Assembly: GCA_016187025.1 (NCBI GenBank)
Contig: JACPKM010000001.1
Span: forward strand, 107,188 to 171,187
Length of the DNA: 64,000 nt
Direction: 5' to 3'
From: Candidatus Daviesbacteria bacterium
GTDB lineage: Bacteria; Patescibacteriota; Microgenomatia; Daviesbacterales; UBA10151
Below the pieces are notes generated by a model. That model searched no databases. It was not told the origin of the DNA and saw nothing but the letters and a program-made list of their open reading frames with translations. Both the position numbers and the translations under genes were made by a program. Below are positions 19,756 to 28,429 of the stretch, piece after piece; position 1 is the first letter of the stretch; the number at the start of each line of letters is the position of its first letter.

Positions 19756-20154
19756 TTATTTAGGTCCTTTGAATCCCAAAGCCAAAAGTGCCTCCTTTAC
19801 TTTTCTTAATTTATCCTCTTTCACCAAAATATAATCTTTTGAGTAAGTAGAAATAATCAGGATGTTCATGCCTGCTTTAGCGATTGCTGAACTAACTGTG
19901 GCTAAAAAACCAACTGAATAAAATGGAACAGAAACATTTAATGCAATTAACTTGTAATTATCTTTGTTTCTTTCAATTAAATCCAAACTACTCAGATTTT
20001 CTTCTTTGGTTACTACTGTAATTTCATCCTTGTCCTGGCTAACCATAAAGTGCTTCTCTGTCTCCGGAACACTTTTGACCTGAGTATAAACATAAACTCC
20101 ATCCTCTGTTTCAAAACTACTTTGTTTAATTATATTTTTTAACTCATCATTCAT
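19756..20154 (-). CDS. ACT-domain protein (ACT_7/CASTOR-like)
   Basis: DEITVV..VGFLATVSSAIAKAGMNILIISTYSKDYILVK. Confidence 0.85.
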   Translation of the reverse strand: MNDELKNIIKQSSFETEDGVYVYTQVKSVPETEKHFMVSQDKDEITVVTKEENLSSLDLIERNKDNYKLIALNVSVPFYSVGFLATVSSAIAKAGMNILIISTYSKDYILVKEDKLRKVKEALLALGFKGPK

Positions 20155-20158
20155 ATGA

Positions 20159-20755
20159 TTAACCTAACCAAGCTGCTAAAAGTGTTTTAATTTTTATTAA
20201 AAGGTCATGTGCACCAGAAAAGGTAGCCGCTGTTGTAATTGCTGCCCAAGAAACCTGAATAATTTGCTTGGAAGGGTTAGGCTTAACTAATTGCGATTTT
20301 ATGGTTTCTACATCACCTGTTAAATTCATCTTCTCCTCTTCGGTTAATGTCGACTTTCTAACCTCTTCTATAAGCGAGTTTAATTCATCAATAGAGTTAC
20401 CTTTAACCTGTGTGATGCTCCCTATATTATCTCCCATCACTAAAACATTATTAGAACCCTCTAACGTAATTGAAGAAAATGTCTTTCTGCTAAATTTTGA
20501 CTTTTCGAATATCTGCACCCCTTTACTGGAGATTATTATCTTCTCAAAAGATACCCCTCCACCTCTCTCTACCTTCTTGCTAACATAACCCTCGCCCTTT
20601 AGAAAATTTATGTTTCTTATAACCTCATTTCTATCAAAACCCTCTCGTCTCAACTCATTTGCTACCCTAGCCGGAGCTATCCACAACGCTTTCTTTAGAT
20701 TGTAATCATAAAGAAATTTTAAAATTTTATCTCTCACTCTGTCCTCGTTATCCAT
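20159..20755 (-). CDS. Hypothetical protein with N-terminal winged helix
   Basis: 198-aa ORF in operon arrangement. Confidence 0.7.
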   Translation of the reverse strand: MDNEDRVRDKILKFLYDYNLKKALWIAPARVANELRREGFDRNEVIRNINFLKGEGYVSKKVERGGGVSFEKIIISSKGVQIFEKSKFSRKTFSSITLEGSNNVLVMGDNIGSITQVKGNSIDELNSLIEEVRKSTLTEEEKMNLTGDVETIKSQLVKPNPSKQIIQVSWAAITTAATFSGAHDLLIKIKTLLAAWLG

Positions 20756-20756
20756 G

Positions 20757-21068
20757 TTAAATCAAACTCTGCTCTACTCCATAAACAATAGCATTAAGGG
20801 TGCTCCTAGCCTCTTCCAATCCGCGCATGCAAGCTTCTATATCCGCTTGTCTGTTCCATTCAGGATTCATCATTCTAATAACTGCTGATCTATAACTGAT
20901 TTTCTCAAAAGTTTTATAGTGCTTTGAGTCTTCACCAATCAGGTTATTCAAAATCATTAGGGTTTCTTCACGCCACTGGCGTAATCTATTAAAATCCACC
21001 TCTTTTAAAAGCTCATCAATAAAAGCTATTTTCTCTTTGAGCAATTGCAAATTACGATCTTCATTCAT
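20757..21068 (-). CDS. Hypothetical protein
   Basis: 103-aa ORF coupled to its neighbours. Confidence 0.7.
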   Translation of the reverse strand: MNEDRNLQLLKEKIAFIDELLKEVDFNRLRQWREETLMILNNLIGEDSKHYKTFEKISYRSAVIRMMNPEWNRQADIEACMRGLEEARSTLNAIVYGVEQSLI

Positions 21069-21255
21069 ATTTATTCTTTTGATGTATATTTATAAAATTC
21101 ACAATATCTTCCCTTCTATACCTCCTATCTCCTCGCGTACTCACTACTACAGCCTTTAACTTCCCCAAACGGTCCCAACGTCTTAGGGTCTCTGGATTGA
21201 CACCCAAAATCTCAGCTGCCTCGCGTATTCTTAACAACTTAATCATTTTAACCAT
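21061..21255 (-). CDS. MerR/excisionase-type HTH protein
   Basis: LLRIREAAEILGVNPETLRRWD..RRY. Confidence 0.85.
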   Translation of the reverse strand: MVKMIKLLRIREAAEILGVNPETLRRWDRLGKLKAVVVSTRGDRRYRREDIVNFINIHQKNKYE

Positions 21256-21361
21256 AACTTCTACTAAATTATACACCTGCTCAGAATAAACTATAATAAG
21301 GTACAGGTAGACATAGAAGCAAGTTTTTCTTTTATTTAATAAGGAGGTTAGCTCAAGAGAT

Positions 21362-21883
21362 ATGACAAATGCAACAAAAAGCAACAAATTGCAACAAAAT
21401 TTCGACTCCCTGGAGCCTAAACACCAACAAGCTATTGATTTACGATTAGAAGGTCTTGCATATAAAGTAATTGCTAAATCTCTTAATTTGACTGAGCAAC
21501 ATGTAAGGCGTTGGTTTATGAAAGGTGGAACTTGCCATTACGCTTATCAACTTAAACAAAAACAAAGGATGAAAGATTGGCAAGAGGATTTTAAAAAAAT
21601 TGATGATAAATTAAAAGAAATAGCCACCGAAGCTGTTTTGGCTATTAAACAAAATGTACGCAAGGGAAGTTTGTGGGCTGCGTTTGGGGTATTAGATAGG
21701 GTAGGTTTTCAACCCATCCAAAAACTCCAGCCAATGACAGAACCAAAAGTACAGATTATCAATTATTCTTATCCCCAAAATGGGGAGTCTAAAACGATTG
21801 ATGGTGAAACAGAAACAAAAGAAGATACAGCATTACAACCTTGGCATCCCGAGGAAGAAATACTAACTACCAATAACCCCTAA
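21362..21883 (+). CDS. HTH protein, terminase small subunit-like
   Basis: N-terminal HTH, then helical region and AAFGVLDRVGF; GGAGG RBS. Confidence 0.55.
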   Translation: MTNATKSNKLQQNFDSLEPKHQQAIDLRLEGLAYKVIAKSLNLTEQHVRRWFMKGGTCHYAYQLKQKQRMKDWQEDFKKIDDKLKEIATEAVLAIKQNVRKGSLWAAFGVLDRVGFQPIQKLQPMTEPKVQIINYSYPQNGESKTIDGETETKEDTALQPWHPEEEILTTNNP

Positions 21884-21887
21884 TGTA

Positions 21888-22100
21888 CTAAAAGGGGAAC
21901 AACTCCTGAACTTTAACGTTTAACACACGGGCTATTTTATAAATAGTCCGAAGAGAAGGCTTCCTATGGCCTGTTTCTATAAATTGGACATACTTCGTGC
22001 TTAAATCTAATCTCTCGGCCATTTGCTCCTGGGTCATCCCTGCTCCCTTTCTAAGTTTATGTATCTTCTTCCCTAACTTTATATCTTGCTCTGTTGCCAT
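21888..22100 (-). CDS. XRE-family regulator
   Basis: LRKGAGMTQEQMAE..IETGHRKPSL. Confidence 0.9.
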   Translation of the reverse strand: MATEQDIKLGKKIHKLRKGAGMTQEQMAERLDLSTKYVQFIETGHRKPSLRTIYKIARVLNVKVQELFPF

Positions 22101-22211
22101 ACCTTTTAAGGGTATAGATAAAGCAAATCCAGTTAAACCAACTGTGTGTCACCTTTTAAAGCTATATATAGGCTTGTTTTTACCCCCACTAACTGTTACC
22201 ATTACCTCAAA

Positions 22212-23180
22212 ATGGGCACAACATTTGCACTTTTATTTCTATTCTCCATTATTGGTTTAATCATAGGATTAATAAAACCTGCAGCTATTGCTAGGCTCAC
22301 TAAAATAACTCTACCCAGAAAAAAGCTTGCTTTGTTATTTGGAGGCCTTTCTTTGTTGTTTTTTATTTTAATTGGTGTTACCGCCGATCCCTCTACAAGG
22401 GTGCAATCAAACCAAACTAACACAGCAGCAGCCACGATTGACCAAACAACGCAAGCTACCAGTTCAGGCAACCTCCAAAATTCTCCATCCCCAACTTTGA
22501 CTCAAACACCTTCTGATAAACCTACTGACCCGGTAAAAACTGCTAAAGTAACCAGAGTTATTGATGGCGATACTATTGAGATAGAAGGTGGCCAGAAAGT
22601 CCGTTATATTGGTATTGATACCCCTGAAACAGTTGACCCCAGGACAACAGTCCAATGCTTTGGCAAAGAAGCCTCGGATAAAAATAAAGAGCTTGTGGGA
22701 GGTAAGGAAGTTAGGTTGGAGAAGGATGTTTCAGAAACTGATAAATACGGGAGGTTATTAAAGTATGTTTATGTAGGAGATACTTTTGTAAATGATTATT
22801 TGGTAAGGCAAGGCTATGCCCGTTCTTCAAGCTACCCTCCTGATATAAAGTATCAAGATCAATTCAGACAGGCAGAACAGGAAGCAAGAGGAACTCAAAA
22901 AGGCTTATGGGGATCAGCTTGCCAGTCATCACCTACTCCACAAGCTCCACAAACCCAATCCAGCCAAACAACAGGCACTACAGGCAGTTATACCGCCCCA
23001 CAACCTCAATCCGGAAGTTGTTTGATTAAGGGTAATATTAGTAGTTCAGGAGAGAAGATTTACCATATGCCTGGACAAAATTTTTACAATAAAACTGTTA
23101 TAGATACAAGCAAAGGTGAGCGTTGGTTCTGCTCAGAAGCTGAAGCCCAAACTGCTGGTTGGAGAAAAGCAAAAGTATAA
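22212..23180 (+). CDS. Membrane-anchored thermonuclease (SNase) with C-terminal Cys domain
   Basis: RVIDGDT, GIDTPE, DKYGR; C-terminal CLIKGNIS..IYH.PG..WFC. Confidence 0.9.
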   Translation: MGTTFALLFLFSIIGLIIGLIKPAAIARLTKITLPRKKLALLFGGLSLLFFILIGVTADPSTRVQSNQTNTAAATIDQTTQATSSGNLQNSPSPTLTQTPSDKPTDPVKTAKVTRVIDGDTIEIEGGQKVRYIGIDTPETVDPRTTVQCFGKEASDKNKELVGGKEVRLEKDVSETDKYGRLLKYVYVGDTFVNDYLVRQGYARSSSYPPDIKYQDQFRQAEQEARGTQKGLWGSACQSSPTPQAPQTQSSQTTGTTGSYTAPQPQSGSCLIKGNISSSGEKIYHMPGQNFYNKTVIDTSKGERWFCSEAEAQTAGWRKAKV

Positions 23181-23258
23181 ATACACCCTCTTAATTCGCA
23201 GATTATCTTACTCAACCTATTTTTGTTAAAATCAAGATAAATAAAGATAAGCATAAAA

Positions 23259-24071
23259 ATGAACAATTTATCTGAGGACTTAAAAGAATTTCTGCGATGG
23301 ATCAAGATGCAAAGTGATGAATATATCAATGAGCATCAAGAGTTGATCCTTGTAATGTTAAGGCTCATCACAGACACACAATTTCAGTTTGAAATACAAA
23401 AACTAAGATCAGAATATAATCTCCCCAAGAAATGGTATTTAGGAACTAAAAATGTTGATTTTTATAAAAAGATACACAAGGAGTATGAAGCTTGGCACAA
23501 AAGAAATACAAAAGAAGTACTTACAAAAGACCACCCAAAAATTTTAGAAATATGTAAACAGTTTAGGATTGACTCTTCTCGCTACGGTTTTTTTGTTTCA
23601 AACTATCTATATTTTAGAGACCTGAGACCACTTAAACCTTTAACCAATAATACATTTCTATCAAACGAGGAGTACCGCTATAAGGCACGTTTAGAGACTG
23701 CACAGGACGAAACAATGCCCTACTTAACAAAAGGGTATATTCGCTTCTTTCAAGATACAACACCTGAACAGCTCTTGCGGTTTGTTGAGGAAAATAAGGA
23801 TAAGATCAGATTGATCCGAAGCTGGTTACCCCTTTACCCACACACAAAGAAATTTAGCCTATTCAAAAGAGATATCCAAATATTTATACTCCATCTGCTC
23901 AACTATAAAACACCCAAAATATCAGATATTATTGCGGAAGAAAATCTATCCCAAGATGAAAACTCAAACATTGACTCTATTGAAAATAAATTCACACTCG
24001 AAGAAGCAGCTATTAGAGAAATTGTTAGAGATTTAACCCACCGCATAAAAAACCTCAAAAATATAATCTAA
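23259..24071 (+). CDS. Hypothetical protein (positional counterpart of 36836..37681)
   Basis: 270-aa ORF. Confidence 0.75.
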   Translation: MNNLSEDLKEFLRWIKMQSDEYINEHQELILVMLRLITDTQFQFEIQKLRSEYNLPKKWYLGTKNVDFYKKIHKEYEAWHKRNTKEVLTKDHPKILEICKQFRIDSSRYGFFVSNYLYFRDLRPLKPLTNNTFLSNEEYRYKARLETAQDETMPYLTKGYIRFFQDTTPEQLLRFVEENKDKIRLIRSWLPLYPHTKKFSLFKRDIQIFILHLLNYKTPKISDIIAEENLSQDENSNIDSIENKFTLEEAAIREIVRDLTHRIKNLKNII

Positions 24072-24139
24072 AACGTAGGTTAAACCCACCCCTCTTTTGC
24101 TCTACGCAAAACTTAATCCTCTTTTTTAGAATAATCATA

Positions 24140-24280
24140 ATGATTAAGAGGATTAAGAATAACTATCAAAATAATTTGAGTATAGATTTCATAGCCGAAA
24201 AATGGATCGGTATACTTTTTGCTCATATACAAAGTAAAAGAATTAGCAAAAAAACTAATTTAAATAACAAAATAAAGTGA
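24140..24280 (+). CDS. 46-aa small protein (not in track)
   Basis: IDFIAEKWIGILFAHIQSK is similar to 37746..37904 at the same position in element A. Confidence 0.5.
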   Translation: MIKRIKNNYQNNLSIDFIAEKWIGILFAHIQSKRISKKTNLNNKIK

Positions 24281-24289
24281 GTATAAAAT

Positions 24290-24547
24290 ATGAACGATAA
24301 TCAGAATAAAACCTTTGCTACCGATAACTTTCAACTTGCTTGCTATTTGGTTTCAGAAGCAATACCCCTACTCTCTCTTGATAAAACAAATCCTAAGCGT
24401 GTGGTATTCATCCTTGAAGAAAGTGATAAAAGACGGGCCCTGACTCAAAAATACTTAAGTTATATGGCAGAAACTGAAGTGCATCGCATTTTTTCAGCTC
24501 AAAAGGATCTTAAACAAATGATCTATCAAAATAAATCAAACTTATGA
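24290..24547 (+). CDS. DUF5659-like small protein
   Basis: FATDNFQLACYL..RVVFIL; homolog of 37885..38136. Confidence 0.7.
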   Translation: MNDNQNKTFATDNFQLACYLVSEAIPLLSLDKTNPKRVVFILEESDKRRALTQKYLSYMAETEVHRIFSAQKDLKQMIYQNKSNL

Positions 24548-24728
24548 ATTATGAATATCCACAAAATAATGACTGTTAAAAGAAAAATGATTAACTATAT
24601 TTTTTATTCATTATTTGCAATCGTAAAGGGCTCATCCGTTATGAGTGTTTAGACGATTTAAAACAAATCTAAACAAAGTGAACGGCAACCGACCGAAACG
24701 ACCATACGGGCAGAACTGTAGGGCGCGC

Positions 24729-24837
24729 CCTCACTGGTAGATAGATCAAATAACAGTTACAAGGTTTATCTATTAACAGGGCTGTGTATTAACTACGGTA
24801 GCAGGTACTAAAACACCTGCCCGGAGGTGCGGTGAGG
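24729..24837 (+). ncRNA. Candidate structured RNA/ssDNA element (closing stem plus three hairpins)
   Basis: GC-rich intergenic island with four predicted stems containing G-U pairs. Confidence 0.35.
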
Positions 24838-24874
24838 AGGGAAGATATTTAAAGGAGGGTTGGAAGAAATAAAT

Positions 24875-25018
24875 ATGAGTAAACAAGTAAACAAAAAAAT
24901 GAAACAGAAAGCCACAAAACTGGTTAGGATCAGCGCAGAGTTACATAGAAGACTAAAAATCGAGTCGGCTATCACTCAAACAACGATTGGAGAGCTTATT
25001 GAGAAACATCTTGTTTAA
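24875..25018 (+). CDS. 47-aa ribbon-helix-helix protein (not in track)
   Basis: KLVRISAELHRRLKIESAITQTTIGELIE; homolog of 38151..38372. Confidence 0.7.
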   Translation: MSKQVNKKMKQKATKLVRISAELHRRLKIESAITQTTIGELIEKHLV

Positions 25019-25054
25019 TACCTTTTAATTATGTTATATAATTAAGTATAAGTA

Positions 25055-25279
25055 ATGAGCCTGTTTAAGAAACCGTGCATGGTAGATTATAAAGAAATGT
25101 TAGCTGAAGCTAGGGCTATATATTTGGCTATGAAACAAGGCGCTATAAGTTATGAAAAAGCAAAGTTAATGACAACGCCATATTTGGAGATAATCAATAA
25201 ACGAGTAAGGAAGCTAGCCCGTAAGCATGGAGTATATGCAAAAGAGATTAGATTCAATGATTTAAACAGAAATATATGA
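25055..25279 (+). CDS. Hypothetical protein
   Basis: ORF overlapping the integrase start (ATGA). Confidence 0.6.
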   Translation: MSLFKKPCMVDYKEMLAEARAIYLAMKQGAISYEKAKLMTTPYLEIINKRVRKLARKHGVYAKEIRFNDLNRNI

Positions 25280-26787
25280 AAAATTGTTATGTTTATTTAA
25301 GAGTGTCAACAGATGAGCAAGCCAATGAGGGTTTTTCTTTAGATAATCAAAAGAGGTCCTGTTTGGATTATGCTCAAATGTGTGGCTACCACGTTAAGAA
25401 AGTCTTTGAAGATGGAGGTAGAAGCGGTAAAACTACAGACCGGCCTGCGTTTCAAGAATTACTCGCCTTAATTCAAGAAAATTCTGTAGATGCAGTTATT
25501 ATTTATAAAATAGACCGTTTTGCCAGAAATGTAGGTGATTTTTCAAATATAAGAAAGCAATTCAAGCAATTAGGGATTAAGCTGCTTTCAGTATCCGAGA
25601 ATGGAGATGTAACAGAGGGTTTAATAGGCAATATCTTTGCTTCAGTTGCAGAATGGGAGTCAGAGGTTAATGGACAAAGGACAAAAGATGCTTTAATGCA
25701 GAAGTTTAGAGAGGGCTGGCAGCCCACTCCTCCCCCAATAGGCTATATAAGCATTGGCGGTGACAGGGAGAGAAAAACTTGCGAACCAGATCCTTATGTT
25801 GCACCGATTATCAAAGAGTTATATGAGTTATACGCTACTGGTAATTATTCAATCCTAGAATTACAAGAGTGGTTAAGCGATAAAAACCTTATTTCTAAAA
25901 CTGGTACAGGATTAGGGCATAGTGTAATTTGTAATATTCTCAATAACCCCTTTTATTACGGTTTGATCCGATGGAGGGGAGAATCTAAGATCGGTAAACA
26001 TATCCCCATTATCACCAGAGAGCTATTTGATACTTGCCAGTATGTTTTAGCCAAGCACAGAAACTTCCTTTTACGAAGGCGTACACACAACTTTCTACTC
26101 AGAGGATTTATTTATTGTGCTGAGTGTGGCCAGCGGTATACTGCTGAATGGCATAAAAACGAGCACAAATTCAAGCATAGAGGCGGTAAAATTGGTTATT
26201 ACCACTGTATAAAACTAGGAAGAAATGGTTGTCCTGCTCCTTATGTAGAAATATCCGAGCTTGAAAAGTTGGTTGAAAAGGAGTTTAAAAACATGCAGTT
26301 TAGCCAGGAGTTTATAGATGCGGTAGTCAGAAAGACCAGAGAACGCCTTGAAAACAACCGTAAATCGGCTAATGCCGTCAAACAAGGCATGCTTAACCAA
26401 AAAACCGCCTTAGAAACAAAAAGAAATAAGCTGGAAGATGCTTTACTGGATGCAACAATAGACAGGGACACTTTCAAAAGAAAGCACACAGAGATTCATG
26501 ACAAGATTTTGAACTTAGAGGCACAAATTCAAGAAACTGACGCCCAGAGTCAAATAGACATAGATTTGATTGATGAGGTATTAGCTTTTACCAGAAACAT
26601 CTACCAAACATATAAAGATGCTCCAACTTACCTTAAAAGACATTACTTAAGATTCTTTTATGAGAAGCTAATTGTAAGAAATAAAGAAGTTGTTGAGGCA
26701 GTGCCAACACCAATCTTCTTGTCCCTACAAGCTAATCAAGCGGTTATAATAACAGCTTTCAGCTCCCCAGCTCTGAAGTTATTATAG
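25276..26787 (+). CDS. Large serine recombinase of element B
   Basis: YLRVST catalytic Ser, DRFAR, recombinase domain, Zn ribbon CAEC..C..C and coiled coil. Confidence 0.95.
   Translation: MKNCYVYLRVSTDEQANEGFSLDNQKRSCLDYAQMCGYHVKKVFEDGGRSGKTTDRPAFQELLALIQENSVDAVIIYKIDRFARNVGDFSNIRKQFKQLGIKLLSVSENGDVTEGLIGNIFASVAEWESEVNGQRTKDALMQKFREGWQPTPPPIGYISIGGDRERKTCEPDPYVAPIIKELYELYATGNYSILELQEWLSDKNLISKTGTGLGHSVICNILNNPFYYGLIRWRGESKIGKHIPIITRELFDTCQYVLAKHRNFLLRRRTHNFLLRGFIYCAECGQRYTAEWHKNEHKFKHRGGKIGYYHCIKLGRNGCPAPYVEISELEKLVEKEFKNMQFSQEFIDAVVRKTRERLENNRKSANAVKQGMLNQKTALETKRNKLEDALLDATIDRDTFKRKHTEIHDKILNLEAQIQETDAQSQIDIDLIDEVLAFTRNIYQTYKDAPTYLKRHYLRFFYEKLIVRNKEVVEAVPTPIFLSLQANQAVIITAFSSPALKLL
26745..26786 (+). 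repeat. attP-like hybrid junction between elements B and A
   Basis: Inverted arms TATAATAAC...GTTATTATA around CTCCCC; followed by tail SILKTFEDVIEMGIIKARWEEIKRVQ (to 26876). Confidence 0.8.
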
Positions 26788-26898
26788 AAGGGGTATCAAG
26801 TATATTAAAGACTTTTGAAGATGTTATTGAAATGGGAATAATCAAGGCCAGATGGGAAGAAATTAAAAGAGTCCAGAAGATACCTAACGCTACATGTA

Positions 26899-28092
26899 TT
26901 AGGTGTTAATAACCATATCAATATTCGGTACATCTCCATATTTACGTAATACTGTTATAAATTTCTCACCAAAATCTGGGGATTTGATTAGAATCTCTGG
27001 ATTCCCACTTTCTTCAATCAACCATTCGCCGCTACTAGTTTCTTGGTCAGTTCCATAGTGATATGAATAGTTGGTAAAAAGTATTGCATTACTGGGTGCA
27101 GGTTTACCCCTTGTAGCGAAAGTAGCGTTATCTCTCATTTTTGTAACTGCCTTTACCCAAGGAATATCATTTGGATTAGCGCCTGGAGAAAGAGGTAGAT
27201 TCATATCAATAAAAATAATGAATGGTTTACCGTGAGGTTTCTGTTTCAAAGCATGCCTATATAACTTCGCAACACTCGAACGAAACTCTTTTTCCTTGTT
27301 AAACTCACCTTCTTTATGCAAAACCCCTTCTCTTTCTTTACTCTTAACTTCAACTGCAATTTCTTCACCAGTTCCAGGGTTTGTAGCGATAAATTCCGAG
27401 TGCTTTGGTTGAGTTTTTTGGCCTACAAATTCTTCATCAAGAAATTTTATCTTATACCCCATTCGAGCAAATAATGCAGCTACAGCTATCTCATATCTAA
27501 CACTTTGATATTCTATATAGTTCCTTAGCTTCTTTAAGAAAATCTCTGGTAGATGCACTGCATGGATGAGACTACATACATCAAAGGCTAATGAAATCAA
27601 AGCACGAGAGTAACCATCTGGTATAGCTCGCCAACCTTCTCCATACCTATTTTCTGGAATCTTATTTTTATCTTGCCAATCGTAATGTTTTATAAAACAT
27701 CTGTAAATAAAATGTTGTTTATCCTCTGGTGATTCCATTTGTTTTATCCACCAATCACGACCCAACTCCTCTTTTAGAACATATATTATAAATTCATGAA
27801 AAGTCTCTTTCTTTGGTCGACGAGGGTATAAACGACTACTAAGTGCCCACACTTTATTGCCCCTAAAATGTGTTGGTGTCACAAAATCAATGAATACACC
27901 AGCTTGTACTAGTTTTTTTCGTCTTTCGATCATCTGCATTTCTAGTTCTTGCCTAATGCGTTCAAGTTCTGGAGTAGACTTTAATTTTTTAATAATTGAG
28001 GTCTTCAGCGACCCCCCGCTTAGTAGATGACACTTTTTATACTTTTTCCCGCTTCCACAAGGGCAAGGGTTATTTCTTCCAATCTTAGCCAT
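26899..28092 (-). CDS. SEC-C motif protein with possible PD-(D/E)xK-like domain
   Basis: [20 protein letters not shown]; YEIAVA..AVEVKSK. Confidence 0.8.
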   Translation of the reverse strand: MAKIGRNNPCPCGSGKKYKKCHLLSGGSLKTSIIKKLKSTPELERIRQELEMQMIERRKKLVQAGVFIDFVTPTHFRGNKVWALSSRLYPRRPKKETFHEFIIYVLKEELGRDWWIKQMESPEDKQHFIYRCFIKHYDWQDKNKIPENRYGEGWRAIPDGYSRALISLAFDVCSLIHAVHLPEIFLKKLRNYIEYQSVRYEIAVAALFARMGYKIKFLDEEFVGQKTQPKHSEFIATNPGTGEEIAVEVKSKEREGVLHKEGEFNKEKEFRSSVAKLYRHALKQKPHGKPFIIFIDMNLPLSPGANPNDIPWVKAVTKMRDNATFATRGKPAPSNAILFTNYSYHYGTDQETSSGEWLIEESGNPEILIKSPDFGEKFITVLRKYGDVPNIDMVINT

Positions 28093-28131
28093 AAACAAAT
28101 CAATGTTAGAAATTATTATATAATTTACCTT

Positions 28132-28326
28132 ATGGATAATCTCACTTCAGCACAAAGAAGATTATGCATGACACGGATAAGATCCACTAATACAAAAATA
28201 GAGATTCTTTTTAGAAAGTATCTCTGGAGTAATGGATTTAGAGGCTACAGAGTAAAAAGCAAATTGGAAGGCAAACCTGATCTTTACTTCCCCAAAAAAC
28301 AAACAGAGCATCTATTGACACTTTAA
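28132..28326 (+). pseudogene. vsr: Truncated very-short-patch repair endonuclease
   Basis: MDNLTSAQRRLCMTRIRSTNTKIE..GKPDLYFPKK, ending before the FxHGCFWH region. Confidence 0.8.
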
Positions 28327-28429
28327 TGAGGCTGACAGTCTCATTACCCGCATCTTTAATCCTAAATGCTAGGTGCTTTTTCTTACAAATTCAGCTATAC
28401 TATGGACATCAAATTCACCTTTTTCTGAT

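Larger units (their letters stand above)
18974..26765 (+). mobile_element. Integrative element B (about 7.8 kb, LSR-dependent, satellite-like)
   Basis: Bounded by GCTCCCCAG cores; carries LSR, MerR/Xis HTH, TerS-like, XRE and nuclease genes; circularisation gives a TATAATAA/TTATTATA attP-like site. Confidence 0.8.
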
